DNA of 64,000 bases from an alpha proteobacterium SCGC AAA028-C07 (GCA_000419465.1 ATTB01000005.1:9209-73208), one strand, 5' to 3'; shown: positions 51,500 through 61,381, counted from the stretch's first letter. Notes: generated by a model from the sequence alone, not told the origin. A program made the numbers and translations.

Positions 51500-52369
51500 T
51501 TACTTTTTTTTAAGTCGAGTAATTAAACTTGATGTATCAAATCGATTGCCACCGTTCTTTTGTACCTCAGAGTAATAACCGTCTATGATTTTAGTTATTG
51601 GAAGGTCAGAATTATTACTTTTGGCCTCTTCCATAGCAATTCCTAAATCTTTTCTCATCCAATCAACAGCAAAACCAAAATCAAATTTATCTTGAATCAT
51701 TGTTTTGTATCTATTTTCCATTTGCCAAGATTGAGCAGCACCTTTTGATATTACTTCAATAACATCTTCCATGTTTAATCCTGCATTTTGACCAAATCGA
51801 ATTCCTTCAGATAAACCCTGAACTAATCCAACGATACAAATTTGATTAACCATTTTAGCAAGCTGACCACTTCCTGCAGCTCCTAACACTTTCATTTTTT
51901 TGCTATAACACTTGATTACATCTTGAGCTTTTTCAAAATCTTTATTTTCTCCACCTATCATTACTGTTAGCTGGCCATTTTCAGCTCCAGCTTGACCACC
52001 AGAAACAGGTGCATCTAAAAAACCAAAACCTTTTTCTTTCGCAGCTTTAAATAATTCACGAGCAATCTTTGCTGATGCAGTAGTGTTGTCAATAAACACC
52101 GCATCTTTTTTTACAGAGTGAAATGCTCCTTCAGATCCTAATGTTACTTCTTTTAAATCGTTATCATTACCAACGCAGCAAAATACAAAATCAGAATCTT
52201 TGCTTGCTTCTTTTGGAGTTTTTGCAAATTTTCCACCAAATTCTTTAACCCATTTTTCAGCTTTTGCAGTTGTTCGGTTATAAACCGTAACGTCATGACC
52301 TGCCTTTGCTATGTGACGTGCCATCGGATAACCCATTACACCAAGACCTAAAAAAGTAACTTTAGCCAT
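51500..52369 (-). CDS. NAD(P)-dependent beta-hydroxyacid dehydrogenase (3-hydroxyisobutyrate DH family)
   Basis: FLGLGVMGYPMA, DAPVSGG, KMVNQ, KDLG. Confidence 0.92.
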   Translation of the reverse strand: MAKVTFLGLGVMGYPMARHIAKAGHDVTVYNRTTAKAEKWVKEFGGKFAKTPKEASKDSDFVFCCVGNDNDLKEVTLGSEGAFHSVKKDAVFIDNTTASAKIARELFKAAKEKGFGFLDAPVSGGQAGAENGQLTVMIGGENKDFEKAQDVIKCYSKKMKVLGAAGSGQLAKMVNQICIVGLVQGLSEGIRFGQNAGLNMEDVIEVISKGAAQSWQMENRYKTMIQDKFDFGFAVDWMRKDLGIAMEEAKSNNSDLPITKIIDGYYSEVQKNGGNRFDTSSLITRLKKK

Positions 52370-52435
52370 TTATGCTCCTATTAATCGTTTGTTAAATTAA
52401 TCACTTATATATTGCTCTTAAATCTTTATAAAAAC

Positions 52436-52464
52436 TTGATTTATTTAAGCTTTAAGACTAAAAC
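52436..52464 (+). promoter_or_regulatory. putative sigma-70 promoter of rpoZ
   Basis: TTGATT-N17-TAAAAC, 14 nt before ATG. Confidence 0.5.
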
Positions 52465-52478
52465 GGTCAATTCAAATT

Positions 52479-52943
52479 ATGGCACGAGTAACCGTAGAGG
52501 ACTGTTTACAGCAAGTTGATAATCAATACGATTTAGTCATTTTGGCTAAAGAGAGAACTTTGCAATTGGGAGTGGGAGATGCTCCGCAAGTTCCAGTAGA
52601 TAATGATAAACGAACAGTCTTAGCTTTAAGAGAAATCGCAGAAAAAAAAGTTTCAGTAAAAGATTTAGAAGAATCAACAATTGATCGTATGAGAGATCAT
52701 CCAGACGATGCTGTTGAGCAAGAAGATTTTGATAGCCCAGATGGAGATTCTTTTGAAGATTTATATCAAGGAGAAGTTTCAAAATCAGGACAAGCAATAC
52801 TTCCTTCTAAAAGATCTAGAAAAATTCCAGAACCAAAAGCTGGAGCAGAAAATGAAGCTATCGAGGCAGATGACGATGATCTTGATGATGATATAGCTTT
52901 AGAGGCGGCTCCTGAAAAAGAAGCTACAGAAGATAAAGTTTAA
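52479..52943 (+). CDS. rpoZ: RNA polymerase omega subunit with long acidic tail
   Basis: [30 protein letters not shown]. Confidence 0.95.
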   Translation: MARVTVEDCLQQVDNQYDLVILAKERTLQLGVGDAPQVPVDNDKRTVLALREIAEKKVSVKDLEESTIDRMRDHPDDAVEQEDFDSPDGDSFEDLYQGEVSKSGQAILPSKRSRKIPEPKAGAENEAIEADDDDLDDDIALEAAPEKEATEDKV

Positions 52944-54104
52944 TTAAATCTTAATTTTAAAATCCTTTAAAATCTTTTTTCTGTGTTGATCAAGCTCAGG
53001 AATTTCACCACGTGTTTTTGGATCTTTGTAATTAGACATTTTAATCGGATTTCCAGCCATTTTAAATTTTCCAATTTTTTTATGGTCTGAACTTACAATC
53101 ATATTTCTAAATGTAATTTGAGGATTTTCTACAGCCTGTTTAATGTTATAAATTGGACCACATGGGATATTCATTTTAGTAAAAAGTTTAATCCAATTAT
53201 CAGTTTGATCTTTAATTAAATATTTTTCTAAGATTACTTTTAAATCTTCAGCGTTTGAATTCCTAAGTTTATTACTCACAAATCTTTTGTCTTGAATATA
53301 CTCTTTGCAGTCTAAAGCGTTACAAAGATTTTCAAATAATTTATCATTACCAGCGGCGACAATAATAAAGCTGTCTTTTGTTTTGTAAGCTTCAAAGGGA
53401 GTAATTGAAGGGTGACGTGAACCCATAGGCTTTGGAATTTCACCACTACTAAAGTATCTAGCAATTGCATTTTCTAAAATTGCAATTTGACAATCAAGCA
53501 TAGACACATCAATCTTTGTGCCTTTGCCAGTTTTTGCTCTATCAAATAAAGCTGCATTAATTCCAATTGTCGTGAAAAGTCCCGCAGTAATATCACCAAT
53601 AGATGTTCCAACTCTTGTTGGTTTACCATCAGGATGTCCTGTTACACTCATAAGACCACCCATTCCCTGAACAACCATATCGTAAGCAGGCAAACTTTTT
53701 AAAGGACCTGTTTGTCCAAATCCTGAAGCGGAGGCATAAATTAATCTTGGATATTTTTTCTTTAAAACATCCCATGAATATCCCCACTTATCTAATGTGC
53801 CGGGTCTAAAATTTTCAACTAACACATCAGCTTTTGATAATATTTTTTCAAATATTTTTTTATCGTCTTTATTCTTTAAATTTAGAGCAATACTTTCCTT
53901 ACCTCTATTAAGAGACATAAAATAAGCCGAATAATCTTTAATGAATGGACCAAAACTTCTGCTGTCATCTCCTGTCTCAGGAGCTTCTACTTTTATCACT
54001 CGCGCACCAAGGTCGGATAAAACCATAGTGCAATAAGGACCGACTAAAACTCTTGTTAAATCAAGTACAACAATGCCCTTTAATGGTCCTGTGTTATTTT
54101 TCAT
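52944..54104 (-). CDS. class III CoA-transferase (CaiB/BaiF), YfdE/UctC-like
   Basis: DLTRVLVGP, GARVIKVE, NRGKES, ENFRPG, SGFGQTGP, RVGTSIGD (catalytic Asp), GNDKLF. Confidence 0.92.
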   Translation of the reverse strand: MKNNTGPLKGIVVLDLTRVLVGPYCTMVLSDLGARVIKVEAPETGDDSRSFGPFIKDYSAYFMSLNRGKESIALNLKNKDDKKIFEKILSKADVLVENFRPGTLDKWGYSWDVLKKKYPRLIYASASGFGQTGPLKSLPAYDMVVQGMGGLMSVTGHPDGKPTRVGTSIGDITAGLFTTIGINAALFDRAKTGKGTKIDVSMLDCQIAILENAIARYFSSGEIPKPMGSRHPSITPFEAYKTKDSFIIVAAGNDKLFENLCNALDCKEYIQDKRFVSNKLRNSNAEDLKVILEKYLIKDQTDNWIKLFTKMNIPCGPIYNIKQAVENPQITFRNMIVSSDHKKIGKFKMAGNPIKMSNYKDPKTRGEIPELDQHRKKILKDFKIKI

Positions 54105-54119
54105 TAATTTAATCTTATA

Positions 54120-54148
54120 TTGACCTTAGCTAATTTTCAAATCACAAT
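54120..54148 (+). promoter_or_regulatory. putative sigma-70 promoter of the TRAP operon
   Basis: TTGACC-N17-CACAAT; AAGGGGG RBS before GTG 54183. Confidence 0.5.
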
Positions 54149-54182
54149 AGATAGTATTAAAAATAACTAATAAGGGGGACGT

Positions 54183-55181
54183 GTGAAAATTAAAAGTTTA
54201 TTTACAACGCTGTTTAGTATTTTCTTTATACTTACAGCTAGCAATTCATTTGCACAAATCACTTTAAAAGCTTCTCATCAATTTCCAGGCGGAAAAGGTG
54301 ATGCAAGAGATGAAATGATGAACTTACTTGCAAAAGAAGTTGAAAAAGCAAATGTTGGAGTAAAAATCCAAGTTTATCCTGGTCAGTCACTTTATAAAGC
54401 AATGGAGCAATACAAGCCTTTAGTTGAAGGTCAGCTTGATCTTGTTTCTTTACCATTAGATTATGCTGCTGGTTTCGTTCCAGAGTTTAGCATTACATTA
54501 ATGCCAGGTTTAGTAAAAAATCATGAGCATGCACAAAGAATTAATGTTTCTCCATTCATGAAGGACATTAAAAAAATGATTAATGATCAGGGTGCAATTG
54601 TTTTGGCTGATGCCTGGTTTGCCGGTGGTTTTGCATCAAAAAATAAATGTATAACAAATCCGGAGTCTGCTAAAGGCCAAGTAACTAGAGCGGCTGGCCC
54701 TATGTTTGAAGAAATGTTAGTAGGAGCAGGCGCTTCAATTTCTTCAATGGCAAGCTCTGAAGTTTATCAGGGTTTACAAACAGGTGTGTTAAATGCTGTA
54801 AATACAAGCTCACAAAGTTTTGTATCGTTTAAATTATTTGAACAAGTTAAATGTATTACGCCTCCAGGAAAGTATGCGCTTTGGTTTATGTATCAACCAG
54901 TTCTTATGTCAAAGAAATCATTTGATAAATTAAATCCAAAACAAAAAGAAGCAATTTTGGCTGCTGGAAGAAAAGCTGAGATATATATAACAAAAGAATC
55001 AGCAAAATTAGACAGCGAAATGGAAAAAGTATTTAAAGAAAAAGGTGTTCAGATCCATCAAATGACTGAAGCTGACTTTAAAGCTTGGATTGAGCTAGCT
55101 AAAAAAACTTCTTACAAGAAGTTTGCTGAAAAAGTAAAAGGTGGCGATAAATTAATCGCTAAAGCATTAGCAGTTAAGTAA
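54183..55181 (+). CDS. dctP: TRAP transporter substrate-binding protein (malonate MatP-like)
   Basis: Signal peptide, SHQFPGG.GD.RD, VYPGQSL, EVYQGLQTGV; operon with malonyl-CoA decarboxylase. Confidence 0.9.
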   Translation: MKIKSLFTTLFSIFFILTASNSFAQITLKASHQFPGGKGDARDEMMNLLAKEVEKANVGVKIQVYPGQSLYKAMEQYKPLVEGQLDLVSLPLDYAAGFVPEFSITLMPGLVKNHEHAQRINVSPFMKDIKKMINDQGAIVLADAWFAGGFASKNKCITNPESAKGQVTRAAGPMFEEMLVGAGASISSMASSEVYQGLQTGVLNAVNTSSQSFVSFKLFEQVKCITPPGKYALWFMYQPVLMSKKSFDKLNPKQKEAILAAGRKAEIYITKESAKLDSEMEKVFKEKGVQIHQMTEADFKAWIELAKKTSYKKFAEKVKGGDKLIAKALAVK

Positions 55182-55187
55182 ATTTAA

Positions 55188-55221
55188 ATTTACTGGCAGA
55201 TTGAAAGATCTGCCAGTAAAT
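55188..55221 (+). other. intercistronic hairpin between dctP and dctQ
   Basis: 14-bp perfect stem ATTTACTGGCAGAT / ATCTGCCAGTAAAT, 6-nt loop, no U run. Confidence 0.75.
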
Positions 55222-55230
55222 GATATTTTA

Positions 55231-55731
55231 ATGTTTGTCTTTATAAAATTTATTCATTCATTATCAAAAATTTGTGGAATAATTTCTACAATTCTCATTG
55301 GATCTGCAGTTTTAGTGACAACTCAAATGGTAGTTGTAAGATATTTTTTTAAAATGAATACTGTCTGGCAAACAGAATATGTAATTTTTTCTTTAGCAGC
55401 AGCGACATTTATCGGTGCGCCTTATGTTTTGCTTAAAAAAGGTCATGTGAATGTTGATCTTATTCCTTATTATTTAAGTGAAAAAGGCAAGAATATCCTA
55501 GCAGTAATTGCAGCAATTTTATCATTAATATTTTTGTTTTTTTTATTTTATTCAAGTCTTCAATTATTTTCTCATTCTTGGGTAAAAAATATTAAAACAC
55601 CAACTATATGGGCTTTGCCTATGTGGAAGGTATATATATTTTTGCCTCTTGGGATGGGTATTTTAATTTTACAATATTTAGCTGATATTTTCTCAGTAAT
55701 TTATAAATACGAAACTCAAGAAAAAAAATAA
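55231..55731 (+). CDS. dctQ: TRAP transporter small permease
   Basis: VVVRYFF...WQTE, GHVNVD; four TMs; likely start ATG 55231. Confidence 0.9.
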   Translation: MFVFIKFIHSLSKICGIISTILIGSAVLVTTQMVVVRYFFKMNTVWQTEYVIFSLAAATFIGAPYVLLKKGHVNVDLIPYYLSEKGKNILAVIAAILSLIFLFFLFYSSLQLFSHSWVKNIKTPTIWALPMWKVYIFLPLGMGILILQYLADIFSVIYKYETQEKK

Positions 55732-55733
55732 AA

Positions 55734-57044
55734 ATGGAACCATTAACACTTGCTTTATGGATTGTAGTTGCAACTTTAGCAGTACTTGCAACAGGTATAC
55801 CAATAGCGTTTGGTTTAGCATTAGTTTCTTCTGTTTTTTTCATAGCCATCGAGGGATTTGGAAGAGTTCCTCTTTTAGCTGAACAGTTTTGGAATGGACT
55901 ACAAGACTTTGGTATTGTTACTATTCCAATGTTTTTACTTATGGGTATTGCAGTTGCAGCTTCTCCTGCTGGAAAAGATTTATATTCTGCACTTGATCGA
56001 TGGTTAAATAAAGTTCCAGGTGGTTTAATTGTATCAAATTTAGGTGCTTGTTCTATTTTCGCAGCTTTATGTGGATCCTCCCCAGCAACCTGTGCTGCGA
56101 TTGGTAAAATGGGAATTCCTGAAATGAGAAAACGAGGATACTCTCCAGAACTTGCAACAGGAACGATTTGCGCCGGTGGTACACTTGGAATTTTGATTCC
56201 ACCAAGTATCACTATGATCATTTATGGAATTTCGACCGGAACCTCAATTGGTAAATTGTTTATAGCAGGAATTATTCCAGGAATTATGCTTACAGCGTTG
56301 TTTATGATTTGGGCTATAGTTTATGCTAGAATAAATAGAGAAGGTTCAGAGAAAGTGGAGGTGGTTGAATATTCATGGAAGCAACGATTTGAAATTTTAC
56401 CAAAAATAATTCCATTTTTTTTATTAGTCGTTGGTGTTCTTTATGTATTGTACGGCGGTATAGCAACCCCCAATGAAGCTTCAGCTGTTGGGGCGCTAAT
56501 TAGTGTAATTCTAGTTGCTGTGATTTATAAAATGTACAGGTTCAAAGATATCTGGGCAATCCTTGAAGAATCAATGAAAGAAAGTGTAATGCTAATGTTA
56601 ATTATAGCAGCTTCATTTCTTTTTAGTTTTATTTTATCTAATCTTTACATCACTCAGACTTTAGCTAAAGAAATGGTTGAGATCGCAGCTAATAAATGGA
56701 TGCTGTTGCTTTACATTAATATATTTTTATTAATCGCTGGTTGTTTTTTACCCCCCGTTGCAATTATTCTTATGACTGCACCAATTCTTTATCCAATTAT
56801 TACAGCCGCAGGTTTTGATCCGATTTGGTTTGGAGTTGTTATGACAATTAATATGGAAATAGGCCTAATCACGCCCCCTGTTGGACTTAATTTGTTTGTT
56901 ATTAAGGGTATTGCACCAGATATTTCAATTGGCAAAATTTTAAAAGGTTCATTTCCATTTGTTTTATTGATGATTTTACAAATAGTTTTACTCTGTATTT
57001 TTCCTGAAATTGCAACTTGGCTTCCAAGCACTGTAATGAAATAA
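55734..57044 (+). CDS. dctM: TRAP transporter large permease
   Basis: GIPIAF, GSSPATCAAIG, GGTLGILIPPS, EIGLITPPVGLNLF. Confidence 0.95.
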   Translation: MEPLTLALWIVVATLAVLATGIPIAFGLALVSSVFFIAIEGFGRVPLLAEQFWNGLQDFGIVTIPMFLLMGIAVAASPAGKDLYSALDRWLNKVPGGLIVSNLGACSIFAALCGSSPATCAAIGKMGIPEMRKRGYSPELATGTICAGGTLGILIPPSITMIIYGISTGTSIGKLFIAGIIPGIMLTALFMIWAIVYARINREGSEKVEVVEYSWKQRFEILPKIIPFFLLVVGVLYVLYGGIATPNEASAVGALISVILVAVIYKMYRFKDIWAILEESMKESVMLMLIIAASFLFSFILSNLYITQTLAKEMVEIAANKWMLLLYINIFLLIAGCFLPPVAIILMTAPILYPIITAAGFDPIWFGVVMTINMEIGLITPPVGLNLFVIKGIAPDISIGKILKGSFPFVLLMILQIVLLCIFPEIATWLPSTVMK

Positions 57045-57051
57045 TAAACCC

Positions 57052-58359
57052 ATGTTGGGTTTAAAAAAATTCTTAAATTTTATCGCAGATAAAAGTAAAG
57101 GACTTTTTTCAAATCTATTTATAAAAAAAAAAGACTCATTATCCTATCTAACTGATTTATGTGATCAATTAATATCTGAGGATGGAGTAGTCTCCGGCAT
57201 TACTATTGCTCGCGAAATCTGGCAATTATACGAAAAGTTAAATTTAGAAGAAAAAGAAGTTTTTTTTTTACAGATAGATAAAAAATACAAACCAAATTAT
57301 TCAATAATTACTAAAGCCTGCAAAGTTTTCATAGATAAAAACAATGAGACTAATTTAGAATTATTAAACGAGGCAACTGAGGGAAAAAGACAGGAATTAA
57401 TAAGACGATTAAATCTAGCTCCTAATGGTACTCAATATTTAGTTAAGATGAGAGAAGATTTAATTTATTTTTTAAATAAACATCCTGAACTTAAAAGTTT
57501 AGATAAAGATTTTAGACATTTATTTAGATCTTGGTTTAATCCAGGTTTTTTAAAGTTAACTCGTATTAAAAAAGATACCGATCCTGACATACTGCAGAAA
57601 ATTATTAAAAATGAGAGAGTCCACGAGATAAAAAGTATAGAGGCTCTTTATAGAAGATTAGAAAACGATAGATTATTTTACGCTTATTTTCATCCAATTT
57701 TAGATAAAGAACCATTAATTTTTGTTCAAGTTGCCTTTACAAAAGGCATTGGAAATTCAATACAAGCTATTACCGAAGGAGACATAAGCAATACCAATAA
57801 TTATGACGCTGTTACTTTTTACTCCATAAGTAATTCTAATAAAGGTCTTCAGCAAATAACTCTTGGAAATTTTCTTATCAAAAGAGTTGTTTTTGAAATT
57901 CAACAAGAATTTCCAAAAGTAAAACAATTCTATACTTTATCTCCAATACCAGGACTTGCTTCATGGTTTTTGAAACAACCTGAAGTAAAAATAAAAAATA
58001 TTTTAAAGAATTATAATTCTAGTCAATTATATTTTTTAAAAGATGAAAATATTGATTCTTTTAATCGTAAAAAAATTGAAGAGAATAAAGATGCATTAAA
58101 AAAAATTACTTATTATTATTTGACAGAAGAAAAATTTAATAATCGACCTTTAAACGGAGTTGCAAACTTTCATTTAAATAATGGTGCATCAATTTATGAT
58201 ATTGTGATAAATGGCGACTTATCATCCAACGGATACAAAGAATCTTTTGGAATAATGGTTAATTATTATTATGAACTTGGAAAAATAGTTAAAAATCATG
58301 AAGATTTTGTTAATAAGGGTAAGATTTCAATAATGGATAATTTAAAAGAGCATGTCTAA
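57052..58359 (+). CDS. matA: malonyl-CoA decarboxylase
   Basis: RQELIRRLNLAPNGT, SWFNPGFL, VHEI, FYSISN, LGNFLIKRVV, TLSPIPG, VANFHL.NGA, GIMVNY. Confidence 0.9.
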   Translation: MLGLKKFLNFIADKSKGLFSNLFIKKKDSLSYLTDLCDQLISEDGVVSGITIAREIWQLYEKLNLEEKEVFFLQIDKKYKPNYSIITKACKVFIDKNNETNLELLNEATEGKRQELIRRLNLAPNGTQYLVKMREDLIYFLNKHPELKSLDKDFRHLFRSWFNPGFLKLTRIKKDTDPDILQKIIKNERVHEIKSIEALYRRLENDRLFYAYFHPILDKEPLIFVQVAFTKGIGNSIQAITEGDISNTNNYDAVTFYSISNSNKGLQQITLGNFLIKRVVFEIQQEFPKVKQFYTLSPIPGLASWFLKQPEVKIKNILKNYNSSQLYFLKDENIDSFNRKKIEENKDALKKITYYYLTEEKFNNRPLNGVANFHLNNGASIYDIVINGDLSSNGYKESFGIMVNYYYELGKIVKNHEDFVNKGKISIMDNLKEHV

Positions 58360-59347
58360 AGTTAATAGAAAAGTTTCTGTAGCTCCGATGATGGATTGTA
58401 CAGACAGACATGATCGCTATTTCCTAAGGTTAATAAGCAAAAACGTCATGCTTTATTCTGAAATGATAGCAACAGGCGCTATTCTTAAAGGTAAACAAAG
58501 GAATGTTTTAGAATTTAGTGAATTTGAAAAACCAGTTGCTCTTCAACTGGGAGGATCTTCAGCCAAAGAGTTAGCAGAGTCATCAAAAATTGCAGAAGAT
58601 TATAATTACGATGAGATTAATTTAAATTTAGGCTGTCCAAGCAAAAAGGTACAAAAGAATAAATTTGGAGCATGTTTAATTAAAGAACCAGATTTAGTTG
58701 CTGAATGTTTAAATAGCATGGTGAATGCAACAAAACTCCCGGTAACAGTTAAAACTAGAATTGGTTTTGATGATGTGGAGGATTTTGAATATTTAGATAA
58801 ATTTATAAAAAAAATTGCAAGCACAGGAGTCAAAACGGTAATCTTACATGCAAGAAAAGCAATTCTTAAAGGTTTAAGTCCAAGAGATAATTTGAGAATA
58901 CCAAAATTAAATTATGGAATTGTAAAACAAATTAAAGATAGCAATCCTAATTTAGAAATAATTATTAATGGTGGAATTACCAAAACAGAGGAAATTAAAG
59001 AACATTTAAATAATGTTGATGGGGTTATGATTGGTAGATCTATTTATCATTCGCCTTATTTTTTAGCAGAAATTGAAAAAGAAATATTTAACAATGAAGC
59101 TGTTCCAACACGTGAAGAAGTTGTTAAAAAAATTGTAGAATATTGTTTGGCTGAAGTTAAAAAGGGAACTCGTGTCAATCAGGTCATGAGACATACCGTT
59201 GGTTTGTTTCATGGGATTAGTGGAGCCAATTATTGGAAAAGATATTTAAGCAATAATATGTTAGTGCGTGACGCCGATGTCAACAAAGTGAATTATATGC
59301 TGGATATGGTAAAGCATAACTCAGTTAATATAGTTGAAAATAATTAA
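58352..59347 (+). CDS. dusA: tRNA dihydrouridine(20/20a) synthase
   Basis: VAPMMDCTDRH, LQLGGS, EINLNLGCPS, HARKAILKGLSPRDN. Confidence 0.95.
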   Translation: MSKVNRKVSVAPMMDCTDRHDRYFLRLISKNVMLYSEMIATGAILKGKQRNVLEFSEFEKPVALQLGGSSAKELAESSKIAEDYNYDEINLNLGCPSKKVQKNKFGACLIKEPDLVAECLNSMVNATKLPVTVKTRIGFDDVEDFEYLDKFIKKIASTGVKTVILHARKAILKGLSPRDNLRIPKLNYGIVKQIKDSNPNLEIIINGGITKTEEIKEHLNNVDGVMIGRSIYHSPYFLAEIEKEIFNNEAVPTREEVVKKIVEYCLAEVKKGTRVNQVMRHTVGLFHGISGANYWKRYLSNNMLVRDADVNKVNYMLDMVKHNSVNIVENN

Positions 59348-59373
59348 TTTTTTTTAGTTTAAATAAATTTATT

Positions 59374-59862
59374 ATGCTTTTTTTTAAAAGACTATTTTCA
59401 AGTAGTAATTTAGAATTAAAAGTTAATGATGGTGGTAGAGCAGCTGCTGGTTATAAAGGCCAAGCAGGTGACTGTGTAGTAAGATCTATTGCGATTGCTA
59501 CAGGCATGCCTTACCAGAAAGTTTATGATGATTTATTTAAAGCTAATGAAGAATTTAGAAATACATCAAGAACTAAACTGGCTCGAAGTTTAAAACAAAG
59601 ACATGATAGTCCAAGAACTGGAACTCATAGAGCAGTATTAAATAAATATTTAGAAAAATTAGGATGGAAATGGACGCCTACTATGTTTGTAGGACAAGGT
59701 TGTAAGGTTCATTTAAAAAAAGAAGAACTACCTATGGGCACATTAATCGTATCGTGCTCTAAACATTTAACGGTTGTTATTGATGGTGTTCTTCATGATG
59801 TTTTTGATTGTTCTAGAAATGGCACTCGTTGCGTTTATGGGTATTGGACTAAAGGCAGCTAG
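59374..59862 (+). CDS. hypothetical phage-like protein, putative papain-fold Cys-His-Asp enzyme
   Basis: NDGGR..AGY.G.AGDCVVRSIAIA, HLTVVIDGVLHDVFD, RCVYGYW. Confidence 0.65.
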   Translation: MLFFKRLFSSSNLELKVNDGGRAAAGYKGQAGDCVVRSIAIATGMPYQKVYDDLFKANEEFRNTSRTKLARSLKQRHDSPRTGTHRAVLNKYLEKLGWKWTPTMFVGQGCKVHLKKEELPMGTLIVSCSKHLTVVIDGVLHDVFDCSRNGTRCVYGYWTKGS

Positions 59863-61313
59863 ATTTTCTGATCGTATTCGCCAATTTTTCCAGTCTTTTG
59901 TAGTAAATTATCTATAAACTCAAAGATCTTTTTCTTACGTTCATTTGATGTTGGGCTTTCAGTTACCACAACCAAAGAAGGCTTGTTAGATGAGGCCCTA
60001 ATTAATCCCCACGACCCATCTTCTAGTGAAAAACGCACACCATTAATTGTTAAAATATCCGTAATAGACTGATTGTCTATTTTAGCATTTTTTAATTTTA
60101 ATATTTCTACTTGTTTAATTAAATCCTCGACTACTTGATATTTTTCTTCATCTTTACAGAATGGAGCCATAGTAGGCGTTTGATACGTCTTAGGTAAATC
60201 ATTAATTATTTCATTTATTTTTTTACTTTGATCATTAAGCAAATGACAAACCTGAAGAGCAGAATTAATTCCATCATCATAACCATATCCTAGTGGTTTA
60301 TTAAAAAAGAAATGGCCGCTCTTTTCAAATCCAGCAAGCGCTTTAATTTGGTTAACTTTTCTTTTAATATGAGAATGTCCTGTCTTCCAATAGATAGTTT
60401 CGCAGTTATTTTCTTTTAAAATTTTATCATTAGCGAATAAACCGGTAGATTTAACATCTACAATAAACTTAGATCCTTTATATTTTGGAGCAAGGTTTCG
60501 AGCTATTAAAAGCCCAATCTTATCTGAAAATATTTCTTCTCCCTTATTATCAATTACCCCAACTCTATCTCCGTCTCCATCAAAACCAAAACCAACATCT
60601 GCATTATTATCTTTAACAGCTTTTGCAATTGCATGTAACATTTCTAAGTCTTCAGGATTAGGATTGTATTTTGGAAAAGTAAAATCTAAATTACAATCTA
60701 ATTCTACAACTTCACAACCAATTCCTCTTAAAATTTGAGGAGCAAACACTCCGGCAGTTCCATTTCCACATGCAACAACAGCTTTAATTTTTTTTTGTAT
60801 TTTATTTATTGATATTAAATTATTTATATATATTTCCTTAAATCCTTTAATTTCTTTATATGATCCTTTATCAAATTTAAATTTTTGATTTAGAACAATA
60901 TCTTTAAGTTCATTCATTTCTTCAGGCGCATGAGTTAATCCTTTTTCAATTCCCATCTTAACTCCAGTCCAACCATTTTCATTATGACTAGCTGTAACCA
61001 TAGCAACCCCATCAGCATTTAGTTCAAATTGAGCAAAATAAACCATAGGCGAAAGAGATAGGCCTACATCCTCAACTTGACAGCCAGCTAACATTAATCC
61101 TTCCGTCAGTGATTTTTTTATTTCTTCACTGTAAGATCGATAATCGTGCCCAATAATTACTCTTGGGTTTTTTTTAGTTCTATTCGTGATTTGAGTTCCA
61201 AGACCGATTCCTAAATTTTTTATGCCTTCCAGATTAATGTCTTTTGGGTACAACCATCTCGCGTCGTATTCTCTAAAACCATTTCTGTTTATGTTAATAT
61301 CTTTAGAATTCAT
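59859..61313 (-). CDS. phosphomannomutase/phosphoglucomutase
   Basis: FREYDARW, TASHNENG, FDGDGDR, GFEKSGH, RASSN. Confidence 0.94.
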   Translation of the reverse strand: MNSKDININRNGFREYDARWLYPKDINLEGIKNLGIGLGTQITNRTKKNPRVIIGHDYRSYSEEIKKSLTEGLMLAGCQVEDVGLSLSPMVYFAQFELNADGVAMVTASHNENGWTGVKMGIEKGLTHAPEEMNELKDIVLNQKFKFDKGSYKEIKGFKEIYINNLISINKIQKKIKAVVACGNGTAGVFAPQILRGIGCEVVELDCNLDFTFPKYNPNPEDLEMLHAIAKAVKDNNADVGFGFDGDGDRVGVIDNKGEEIFSDKIGLLIARNLAPKYKGSKFIVDVKSTGLFANDKILKENNCETIYWKTGHSHIKRKVNQIKALAGFEKSGHFFFNKPLGYGYDDGINSALQVCHLLNDQSKKINEIINDLPKTYQTPTMAPFCKDEEKYQVVEDLIKQVEILKLKNAKIDNQSITDILTINGVRFSLEDGSWGLIRASSNKPSLVVVTESPTSNERKKKIFEFIDNLLQKTGKIGEYDQKI

Positions 61314-61381
61314 TAAAAAATTAATTGTTATTTTTTAATGGTTTATCAAAATTAAATTTTTTTAATTGACTTTTTTATAAT

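Noticed and set aside
56752-56757. C6 run inside dctM
   Set aside because: Encodes Pro-Pro in the LPPV segment, in frame, too short to suggest phase variation
4013-58833. Many short antisense or alternate-frame ORFs in the track (e.g. 4013-4264, 5544-5816, 11312-11662, 26507-26785, 31252-31632, 36870-37172, 40220-40594, 45944-46300, 55619-56221)
   Set aside because: They lie wholly or mostly within well-supported genes, have no recognisable motifs, and are typical shadow ORFs
58352-59862. dusA-associated integrative element
   Set aside because: Such elements integrate at the dusA 5' end and carry an integrase; neither an integrase nor a dusA fragment duplication is visible
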